A stretch of 64,000 nt of DNA from assembly GCF_001194135.2 (NCBI RefSeq), contig NC_069007.1:431336-495335 (forward strand), in the 5' to 3' direction. Below the pieces are notes generated by a model. It was not told the origin of the DNA. It saw only the letters and a program-made list of their open reading frames with translations, and did not search any database. Made by a program: the position numbers and the translations under genes. Positions 54,575 through 64,000 of the stretch are shown piece after piece; the stretch's first letter is position 1; each line of letters starts with the position of its first letter. This DNA comes from Octopus bimaculoides (lineage: Eukaryota).

Positions 54575-55381
54575 NNNNNNNNNNNNNNNNNNNNNNNNNN
54601 NNNNNNNNNNNNNNNNNNNNNNNNNNNNNNNNNNNNNNNNNNNNNNNNNNNNNNNNNNNNNNNNNNNNNNNNNNNNNNNNNNNNNNNNNNNNNNNNNNNN
54701 NNNNNNNNNNNNNNNNNNNNNNNNNNNNNNNNNNNNNNNNNNNNNNNNNNNNNNNNNNNNNNNNNNNNNNNNNNNNNNNNNNNNNNNNNNNNNNNNNNNN
54801 NNNNNNNNNNNNNNNNNNNNNNNNNNNNNNNNNNNNNNNNNNNNNNNNNNNNNNNNNNNNNNNNNNNNNNNNNNNNNNNNNNNNNNNNNNNNNNNNNNNN
54901 NNNNNNNNNNNNNNNNNNNNNNNNNNNNNNNNNNNNNNNNNNNNNNNNNNNNNNNNNNNNNNNNNNNNNNNNNNNNNNNNNNNNNNNNNNNNNNNNNNNN
55001 NNNNNNNNNNNNNNNNNNNNNNNNNNNNNNNNNNNNNNNNNNNNNNNNNNNNNNNNNNNNNNNNNNNNNNNNNNNNNNNNNNNNNNNNNNNNNNNNNNNN
55101 NNNNNNNNNNNNNNNNNNNNNNNNNNNNNNNNNNNNNNNNNNNNNNNNNNNNNNNNNNNNNNNNNNNNNNNNNNNNNNNNNNNNNNNNNNNNNNNNNNNN
55201 NNNNNNNNNNNNNNNNNNNNNNNNNNNNNNNNNNNNNNNNNNNNNNNNNNNNNNNNNNNNNNNNNNNNNNNNNNNNNNNNNNNNNNNNNNNNNNNNNNNN
55301 NNNNNNNNNNNNNNNNNNNNNNNNNNNNNNNNNNNNNNNNNNNNNNNNNNNNNNNNNNNNNNNNNNNNNNNNNNNNNNNNN

Positions 55382-55428
<47 letters not shown>

Positions 55429-56431
55429 GTGTGTATATATTTATATATATTTCAAACTAGCCAAAGGAAAACGATTTAGTCCCTCATTACACAAGCAGAT
55501 GTGCTTGCTGTGGCATTCAGAAATACACAAAAATACTGCACATACACATGTACACATAAGAACACATCTATGAACAATTATTCCCCCTCCCCATCACACA
55601 AACATGTTCAGAAAGTATGGAAGGGTTGCGGGGAAAACAGTAAAATCGATATATCTGTTTTTTTAAATCTCCCAATAAAAAAATAACAGACACACAAACA
55701 AACAAATAACGCGATAAATAATTGAAATTCGGGAATTGAAATATATCTAATTAGCCAATTAGTGTGTTCTTAATAGAACTGCGAGAGAAATGATGCTGTC
55801 TTAAAGATTTACTTAAATATATGTTGTTTTGAAGGAACTGGAGTAATTCGATATGACAAGGGAAATAACCGTGTTTCAATAAGTGTTAATGAGAAACCCT
55901 GTACCTGTTCCTGCAGAAATAACAGCTAAATATCTTTCACGGCACTCACGACTTGAAATGTAGGAAAGTGATGAATGGGACATTATAGTCTTACGTATGC
56001 AATGCATGTGTGAATGACGATGCAGTCGTGGCCAGAACGCTTTGATTCGACGTCTGCTCAGTTTTGGGTGATCCAACGACCAAATAAAAACTGTTCTAAT
56101 TGTTGGTATCACGTGACCTGTTTTGCTGTTTTAGTAGTTTTGAATAAGCGACTAGAATTACATCCTCGTATCTGTGTCAGGTTGTGTGTGTGTGAGAGAT
56201 CGTGTATGTGTGTGTGTATAAAAGTGGGTGAGAGAGTGCTCGTGTATGTGTATATATGTTGTATGTATCAGTGTGTGGGCTCTTTGTGTGCGTGTGGTAT
56301 TTTGTTACGATAAGTTGTGGTAGTAGCAAGTAAGTTGCATTCAAAATGTTTTCGTATTTGTAAGGATGTCAAAAGTTCACTATTCTTGACTGCAATATCT
56401 TCGCCGATGAGTCGGTCATCAGGTCGAATTA

Positions 56432-56900
56432 CTTTTGGCACTCCGTTGCTTACGACGTCGAGGGTTCCAGTTGATCCGATCAACGGAACAGCCTGCTCGT
56501 GAAATTAACGTGCAAGCGGCTGAGCACCCCGCAGACACGTGTACCCTTAACGTAGTTCTCGGGGATATTCAGCGTGACACAGTGTGACAAGGCTGACCCT
56601 TTTGCNNNNNNNNNNCACAGACACGTGTACCCTTAACGTTGTTCTCGGGGATATTCAGCGTGACACAGTGTGACAAGGCTGACCCTTTTGCATTACAGGC
56701 ACAACAGAAACAGGAAGTAAGAGTGAGAGAAAGTTGTGGTGAAAGAGTACAGCAGGGTTCGCCACCATCCCCTGCCGGAGCCTCGTGGAGCTTTAGGTGT
56801 TTTCGCTCAATAAACACTCACAACGCGCGGTCTGGGAATCGAAACCGCGATCTTATAACCGCGAGTCCGCTCCCTTAACCACTGGGCCATTGTGCCTCCA
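56432..56900 (-). mobile_element. tRNA-derived SINE family C, near full length and young-looking
   Basis: Minus head TGGAGGCACAATGGCCCAGTGG (A box) ... GGTTTCGATTCCC (B box); tail GCAGGCTGTTCCGTTGATCGGATCAACTGGAACCCTC. An internal ~60-nt duplication spans the 10-N gap at 56606-56615. Confidence 0.88.
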
Positions 56901-58184
56901 CTTTCAGATCGAATAATAACGAAGGAAATTTTAATAAATGACAACTGAATAATTTTTTGGCAATATCGTCAGGAGAGGGAAAATGTTTACAAAATTTCAT
57001 CTGTTAAAGTAATCTAAATATCTCTACTTTAAATGTAGAAAAAAAGTACTTTGAATATTCTAGTTTTATATAAGCAATGCGCATGTCAATGACGGCGTAA
57101 ACTGTCCGTGTAATCACGGCCAGTTTCGAACCATCAACCTCAAGTATGATAAGTATTAAAATGGTTCAATTGCTGTCATTAAGTTAAAAACTGTACTTGA
57201 AACTTACGTTAAAATAATTCTCGACCGCAATTTTGCATCGCAATTTAATATCAGTAATGAACAAGTCGATTGAGAGATATTTCAATGGAAATTATTCATG
57301 TTATATATATATATATATAAGGCGTCACCCAACTGTACACAATAGATTTCACCAAAAGCTACAAACACACTGTTGTTAAGGATATTGTTGAAGTTATTCC
57401 TAAAAGATTATGCATGGAGTGCTGAACGCCGACGTATCATCCGCCATTTGTTACCGCCTGAACGTTCTGCTTTGGTCCGCTTCTCGTTTAGTAAAACTGG
57501 TTTCTCTGTTTTTCTTATTGTGATGGACAGAAGGAATGCTTTCCATCAATGAGGCCATCCTTTGTTGTTAACGTCCCCGAAAAGAGGAGTAGACAGTTAT
57601 AGCCGAAGGTCCACAGTTAAGCGCTAAGACTACTTCATCCCCAGCGATTTCATAAGTGAACAAATGTGATCACCGTTTGACAGACATGCTTTTCTGCAGC
57701 TCGTCTTTTTCACAAGCAAAGTCCGCAACAAGGTGCTTGGCATCTGGAATATGCCGAAGCGCTCACATCCCCCAACCATTCGGACAATTCGAAGGACTGA
57801 ACTGTAGAAGATCAGTGACAGACAAATATGAGGACGTTCCTGGAAAAAACAGGACATCGATGAAAATCAACAAACTTGTCTATTTCGAATTTTTTCGAAT
57901 CCGGATGCATAAAAAATTTCCAGAAATACCTGATAGTGCTATTAGTATCTCTTTATTACCCACTAGGGGCCAACATGGTAGTGCTATTAGGGAGCAATGC
58001 TGGGTCGAGATAAACGCTACAGGCATTGAATGCCGTCACCCTGTTATTATATGGGCTACGATCGGGTAGAACCCTCTGGGTGTCAAGAGAAATAGTTTTG
58101 AAGCAGCTTTTTACGCTGCGAGCTTAAATTGAGCTGAGGACAACATTCCCTCACCCGTTTTTCCACGGTCGATAAAGATAGAGT

Positions 58185-58335
58185 AGCCATCTCGTTGGTT
58201 CTGAGTTCAAATTCTGCCGAAGCCGACTTCGGCTTTCATGCTTTCGGCGTCAATAAAATAAGTATTGATCAAGAACTGGGATCGATGTAATCGACTTACC
58301 ATGGCCTTCTACCTATTAGTAGAGAAGATTATTAA
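58185..58335 (+). mobile_element. SINE family A copy
   Basis: TTCTGAGTTCAAATTCTGCCGAAGCCGACTTCGGCTTTCATGC...GGGATCGATGTAATCGACTTACC. Confidence 0.75.
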
Positions 58336-59136
58336 TGGTAGTGCTGTTATTAATATTAGTAGCAACAACAGTAGAGAATTAGGTGAAGAGGGAGGAAAGT
58401 CGGCAAGAAGAGGACGATGATAATGGAAAATAGCAGAAGCATTAATAGCAGCCACGTCGTTTGTGTTAACACTGTATCCATACTCTACCGTTGGGTGGTA
58501 ATTGGCAACTTTGCAAACCGATTCCTTTTATTTTGTTTTCCATGACTTGTTTGACGTTTCGGTTATTATCAAGGAAAAAAGTTTTCCTTTCCCAGCAACG
58601 AATCGGTTATTGTTTACTGAAAGGCTTGTTTTATATCCGTATGAATCTGCTGTTGCGATTATAAATTGTTTTGTTCTTTCAATATTGTATATACACACTG
58701 CACTTTACATTGTTTCTCTGTGTTTGTGATTGTGTCAGATTATAAACTCTCTAAGAAATGGAAGACATAAATGGAACAATACTCTATTGTTGTCATGTAT
58801 TGCGTTGTTGCTTTGCCAATGCAAACAGTTGCGTTTTTTCTTGTTTTTGTGGTTTTTTAAAACCCAACTGGCAAACATCTGCCGCTGGAATCTCCGATTT
58901 ACTGTTGCACAGATACGTGATGCTGTTGTTGATATTGTTGTTGTTGTTTATGATATTGCTATTACACCGCTGCTTCTCCTGAAATATATTATGGTTTCTG
59001 GACATAATTCACGTGTACATACCTTCAAAATTATACACACATGTATATATATTCATATATACACACACACATAGTTTCATATGTAAATATATATATATAT
59101 ATATATGTATATATATTCATATATACACAGTTTCAT

Positions 59137-59186
<50 letters not shown>

Positions 59187-59629
59187 NNNNNNNNNNNNNN
59201 NNNNNNNNNNNNNNNNNNNNNNNNNNNNNNNNNNNNNNNNNNNNNNNNNNNNNNNNNNNNNNNNNNNNNNNNNNNNNNNNNNNNNNNNNNNNNNNNNNNN
59301 NNNNNNNNNNNNNNNNNNNNNNNNNNNNNNNNNNNNNNNNNNNNNNNNNNNNNNNNNNNNNNNNNNNNNNNNNNNNNNNNNNNNNNNNNNNNNNNNNNNN
59401 NNNNNNNNNNNNNNNNNNNNNNNNNNNNNNNNNNNNNNNNNNNNNNNNNNNNNNNNNNNNNNNNNNNNNNNNNNNNNNNNNNNNNNNNNNNNNNNNNNNN
59501 NNNNNNNNNNNNNNNNNNNNNNNNNNNNNNNNNNNNNNNNNNNNNNNNNNNNNNNNNNNNNNNNNNNNNNNNNNGAGAGAGGGTGAGATAAATATAGATA
59601 TACAAATATATGTCTGTCTACGGATACCT

Positions 59630-59990
59630 TTGAACCGTTTTACTCGTTTCAGTTAGTGGACTGTCGCCTTGCTGAGACACACCATGAAGTGCATAGTTTT
59701 CTTAAATCCCGGTTCATGTTCTATCGACCACTTTCACCGAACTGCTTGGTTATGGAGACTTAAGAAGGAAGCAGTATTTCTCCAACGGTGGCGAGGGACA
59801 AGAACTCAGAGAGATACACACACATAAGTATATACATATACATACATAGGCGACGGGCTCATTTCGGTTTCTATCAAACCTACTGACAATGCTTCAATCG
59901 ACCTGGGGCTACAATAGAACACTTGCCCATGTGGTTGTGAATCAAGAATTTTTATCACGCACCATTGCCTATACATGTCTGAATATACAT
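59630..59990 (-). mobile_element. SINE family B, long form (diverged)
   Basis: CGTTTCAGTTAGTGGACTGTCGCC...GACCTGGGGCTACAATAGAACACTTGCCCA. Confidence 0.65.
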
Positions 59991-60039
59991 GTCCTGTATA
60001 TATACGTATATATACCTACCTACCCACACGCACAAATAA

Positions 60040-60214
60040 TCGAGGGGCCAATCGATGAGATCAATGCTAGTGCGTAACTGGTACTTATTCTATCGAACCC
60101 GAGAGGATGAAAGGCAAAGTCGACCTTGGCGGAATTTGAACTCAGAACGTAGACAGATGGAATACCGCTAAGCATTTCGGCCAGCGTGCTAACGTTTCTG
60201 CCAGCTCGGTGCCT
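60040..60214 (-). mobile_element. SINE family A copy
   Basis: AACTGGTACTTATTCTATCG...GGCAAAGTCGACCTTGGCGGAATTTGAACTCAGAACG...GCTAACGTTTCTGCCAGCTCG. Confidence 0.85.
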
Positions 60215-60510
60215 TAATATTTGCATCCATCGACGTTGAATGCACAGGTTAACTGTGTGTCGCATGTCTGAGGTTAAACGAATTGCAGATGAAGCCTTTT
60301 GCTGACGAAGGCAAAGTTCTGCCCAGTCCAGAAATTGAAACCACGTACTTGCGATTGTTAGTGCAACAGCTTAAGTACTTGGACAAGTGCTTTGAAATCA
60401 TAAGTATATATACACATCTATATATATATACATACATACATACATATATATGTATGTATATATATCCACAAACATCCACACATAGCCCCCACACATACAC
60501 ACACACACAC

Positions 60511-60558
<48 letters not shown>

Positions 60559-60617
60559 GCACACGCGAATGTATGAATGTGTATATGACATTTAAGCAAA
60601 GTGAATANNNNNNNNNN

Positions 60618-60651
<34 letters not shown>

Positions 60652-61050
60652 TGTATATACGTATTTATATGTGCGTGTGGCTGTATGTATGCTTATATAA
60701 TTAATTTTAAAGGTAAGAAACAAAAAAGCGTAGGAAAACGGAAAAACAAAAACAGCAGCAATCAGTATGAGTAGAACTACGGCACGCACAGCTGTGGTAG
60801 GAAAAACCTTTTTAGCGAAGCCTTGTCGTTTATCTTCACGCTTCACTAAACTTTGTAATACATAATTCATCACTCGTTGTTAATTGAGAAGGAAGCTCAA
60901 GGTTTGCCAATAAATAAATAAATAAAAATTAAAGAATATAGAAAATTATATTAATACCGAGATTGCAATAAATATTGAAGAAATTTCTAAATAGATTGAT
61001 AGTACGCTGTGCCCATTCGCTATATTTCATATTTGATTATTAAAGTACTA

Positions 61051-61094
<44 letters not shown>

Positions 61095-61583
61095 CATGAT
61101 AATAAGAATAAGAAGAATCAGAATTCATTATAATGATATTCTAATGATAATAATGATAATAATATATTGAAAAAATATCTAATACTATTATTTTTAAGAA
61201 TATTCCTATCACAAATTGACTCTTTGGAATTGCTTTATGCGTTTTAATGTTTGGTTTGCAGTCGAAAAGGAACGGCAAATCTTTAAGTACACAGCTCACG
61301 TTCGCGTTCACATTCATTCGCTGTTTATTTCATTCAAACATGTGTGCTTGCCTATATACACACATGTATACATACATATAACAAAGCGTACAGATTTGCA
61401 CATGCGGTGACTCGAAATATTGCCCATATACACAAATACATGCGAAAATGCCCTCTTCGTTTTGTTGAGATTCCAATGAAGCAGCCTCGGATGTAGGTTA
61501 GAAACTGACTCTTTCTCTACCGGTAAGAAATCTTTAAATAAAACTGAATAATTAAAATACATACATATATATATATATATATA

Positions 61584-62036
61584 CATGGCGGTTGTCTACT
61601 CCTTATGCAGAGTTTGACCACCTCCTGTACCTACACCTTAGAACCATCATGGCATCTGATGTTGCTTTTTAAACCAGACAATGTTCTGAAAAGACACCCA
61701 CATAGATTGCATCTCCGATTTGGACAACCAAAACCTACAGATAAGTTCTGCTCTTTGTGGATCTTAAAATGTTTTTTGAGGCCTCCGTTGGATTTGCAAA
61801 CCTTCTGGCATACACTGCATTGAAAGGTGTGCACAGACATATAGGCAGCATAGTTGGTAGAGGTTCGTTTTTCATGCATTCACAGATAAGATTTGAGACC
61901 AGCAAAAGACAGGTATGGTCTGTCACAGACTGTGCACACAAAAGGTCATTGTCATTCACCTCGATCGTTACATTCTTCCTTAGATCTCTTTTGAGACTTG
62001 TGTTATCCTGGCCTCTTCAAATGCTTTCACTCCACT
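61584..62036 (-). mobile_element. 3' remnant of an RTE-like LINE with three tandem C2H2 zinc fingers
   Basis: Across frameshifts it reads GVKAFEEARIT...KRDLRK...LCAQ(C)DRPYLSFAGLKSYL*MH; FQCSVCQKVCKSNGGLKKHFKIH; RCNLCGCLFRTLSGLKSNIRCH. It ends in a short 3' UTR followed by an (AT)n tail. Clade assignment is from motif resemblance. Confidence 0.7.
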
Positions 62037-62715
62037 CCACATACATACATACAGGCAGACAGATATCTGCACGACCTAAAGCCTTAAAGAATGATGAACA
62101 AGACAACATGCCTTCCTTCACAGCTTTGCTACGAAGTAGGTTGTCGGTCAAAGCTTAGACTAAATTGAAAACACAAAGAGATAAACATACACAAACGCAC
62201 ATATACATGAAGGATGCATAATACGGGCATAAACACATACACACAAGCACAATGTGCGTGTGTGCGTGAATGAACGTATACGCATATATATATGTGTATA
62301 TATAATAAATAATAAGGGCGGATTGTTAGCAATGTTTCAACCGAAAGACAACGATATATACGTCACTAAAGCAAGCGAGGGCGCTATTCGGCACCAGTAT
62401 TGCAAGAAATAAGAGTCAAAACGACTCATAGCCACAATAACGCTGCGTCTTATTTACGGACACGGAAGGGAAAGTCCTTAAGTAACGGATCAGTGATTAC
62501 ACGATTAGATTAACACTCGTCAGTGGGTCTCATCTTGGATTAAACTCCACTCGCCTTCCCAGCTTGAGGCGCTGGTGGGAGCCACTGACAAGCGTCAATG
62601 TAAACGCGAGGTCACTGGTGATCTGGCTATGACCGGTGCTTAGGAAGCTTGTTCCCCTTGTCACTAAATGAGACGGTGCGTCATTCTGGCTTTGAATTGT
62701 TTTGTATTTACAAAC

Positions 62716-62717
62716 GC

Positions 62718-62764
<47 letters not shown>

Positions 62765-62781
62765 TGTGTGTGTGTGTGTGT
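62716..62781. repeat. (GCGT)n followed by (GT)n microsatellite
   Basis: Directly visible; lies in the first ~200 nt of the inferred first intron. Confidence 0.95.
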
Positions 62782-62894
62782 TCCTAGGTCCTCCCCTGTA
62801 TCTTTTTCAACAGATGTGTTCAACCTGAAATGTCTAGACCCATGGTACTTCCACCCACCGTTCACATGCACAATTTTAGGACGTGACCACTTAC

Positions 62895-63100
62895 CTCCTC
62901 GAATCCAGTGCTTTAGATCGGACAGGAGATTAACCACAGTAGAGAGACATTCCCATGGACTCTGCAGCTGAGGGTCCTGAAACCACACATCCACATCGGT
63001 AAATCCGACTGCGACCTTAACGCAGCACCTTAGACCGCTTGACCACTCTATAATCCACACAACATCTCACCGGACCGCCTTTCTTGCGACCGCATGGCAA
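62895..63100 (-). other. Putative non-coding first exon (5' UTR) of a minus-strand gene; ends at a consensus splice donor
   Basis: Minus strand reads ...CGAGGAG|GTAAGTGG at 62895/62894, a perfect donor. The sequence is unique, GC/CpG-elevated and directly downstream of promoter-like motifs. Every ATG in it closes at a stop before the donor; the only frame open across the donor has no ATG. The 5' end is estimated. Confidence 0.55.
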
Positions 63101-63200
63101 CGACTACTACAGAATAGTCGTTATATTCCGCCCACATCATAATAGCACACCAGAATCATACTACGTACGCTTTAAACAGTCACGTGACAACATCGAATTA
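63090..63200 (-). promoter_or_regulatory. Putative promoter: GC box, TATA-like element, palindromic E-box and RFX-like half site
   Basis: CCGCCC at 63128-63133 (GGGCGG on minus) is immediately followed on minus by AATATAA (63127-63121). A perfect GTCACGTGAC (USF/MiT-TFE type E-box) is at 63179-63188, and CATGGCAAC at 63093-63101. The motifs cluster in CpG-retaining DNA next to the donor-bounded exon. Confidence 0.5.
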
Positions 63201-63809
63201 TTTTTTTTTGTCTTCGTTTTCAAAGCCAGCGAGCGGTGTTCTAATTGACATCGTACGAATGAGAAATTATCTGAATATAATTTTTTTTCGTTCGTAACAA
63301 TGTTTAATATTTGATTTCTATTCATTACGAGGCTCTTGAATATTCTAGTCGTAGGCAATCTTGTACAGCGCCGTTGAAAACGGTTTATTTACTGCAAAGT
63401 CATGGTTCAATACATAGCGATGTATTCGTTAATCTCCTTTGAGACTTCCTCTTTATGACTACCTTAGTCGATGTGCCCATGCGCCATGTAAAAGTATAAG
63501 TTGTGATATAAGGAAGAATTGTGTACTATTTCTAGTAAAAGACTCCTTTTATTACTTTGTGATCGTGACGCTTGATATTTCAGTTTTGAAAATTCACGCG
63601 GGATTCAATATAATTAGCAGCACATTTGAAGATGATGTTCCAACATGGCCACAGTTCTATGACTGAAACATTTAACCCATATATACCCCCTGGTTGTGTT
63701 TTCGCAACGCAAAACCTGCTCCCACTTGGAATATTACTATTTAAAAATCTCAGAATGTGAGATATTCAGCTACTGTACTTTGTAGTAAAGATTGTTTGCC
63801 AACATAACA

Positions 63810-64000
63810 TGACAGTCCTGGTTTAGGACGAATGTTGCTGTAATCTAGCCCCAGGAGACATCGTCTCCAGCTGGCTATTCGACACGATCTGTGTCCTTAA
63901 ATTTTCGAACAAGGGAATCTAGCACCTCCACTCAGCTCAAAACAATATCTGTGTATCGCGATTTCTAGGTTATGTCGTATAACCAGCTGGAGACGATGTC
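63810..64000. mobile_element. Foldback/MITE-like element with inverted repeats, cut off by the window end
   Basis: GACATCGTCTCCAGCTGG (63857-63874) is the exact reverse complement of CCAGCTGGAGACGATGTC (63983-64000); the match extends inward imperfectly for another 16 nt (11/16). Confidence 0.6.

Noticed and set aside
56395-56430. Minus-strand CTGATGA-CCGA-CTCA-TCGG-CGAAG, hammerhead-like
   Set aside because: It has an extra C and GAAG instead of GAAA, and no stems I or III can be formed.
56540-56690. Apparent tandem duplication inside a SINE (also 3731-3790)
   Set aside because: The duplicated text flanks a 10-N gap, typical of unmerged overlapping contig ends; likely an assembly artefact.
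56820-56900. tRNA-like sequence with A and B boxes
   Set aside because: It is the head of a SINE continuing into a repeated body; not a free-standing tRNA gene.
60592-60873. Minus ORF with a hydrophobic, TM-like stretch (VVLLILIAAVFVFPFSYAFLFL)
   Set aside because: The hydrophobicity comes from a T-rich low-complexity tract; it has no splice signals and runs into microsatellite.
62530-63060. 176-aa minus ORF
   Set aside because: It has no ATG start, reads through a consensus donor and a (GCGT)n repeat, and shows no recognisable domain.
1-64000. Conserved microRNAs, rRNA, CRISPR arrays, prokaryotic operons
   Set aside because: I found no match by eye to the conserved bilaterian miRNA sequences I recall, no rRNA-like sequence and no repeat-spacer array; the DNA is eukaryotic. 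A formal search was not possible.

Overview
AT-rich animal genomic DNA from a gapped draft assembly, saturated with microsatellites and tRNA-derived SINEs. The repeat repertoire looks to me like an octopod cephalopod (Octopus); this is recognition, not a database result. No intact protein-coding gene is visible, and nearly all ORF-track entries are microsatellite or N-gap artefacts. Recognisable elements: three SINE families (dozens of copies), a 5'-truncated DD34D mariner, an internally deleted DD37D (maT/mori) element with both TIRs, several RTE-like LINE 3' remnants (one with three C2H2 fingers), Penelope-type ends with minimal hammerhead-like motifs, and a foldback/MITE-like inverted repeat at the right edge. 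My best reading (inference): a minus-strand gene starts at a CpG-rich promoter near 63.1 kb with a non-coding first exon (donor GAG|GTAAGT at 62895/62894), and most of the window is very long intron. At 35231/35230 on the same strand lies a textbook recursive splice site: branch point CACTAAC, polypyrimidine tract, CAG|GTGAGT, then a second donor (GTAAGT) 90 nt downstream. This is the top candidate. Several small-exon candidates and an RFX X-box array are also reported. Repeat boundaries are approximate (about +/-10-20 nt).
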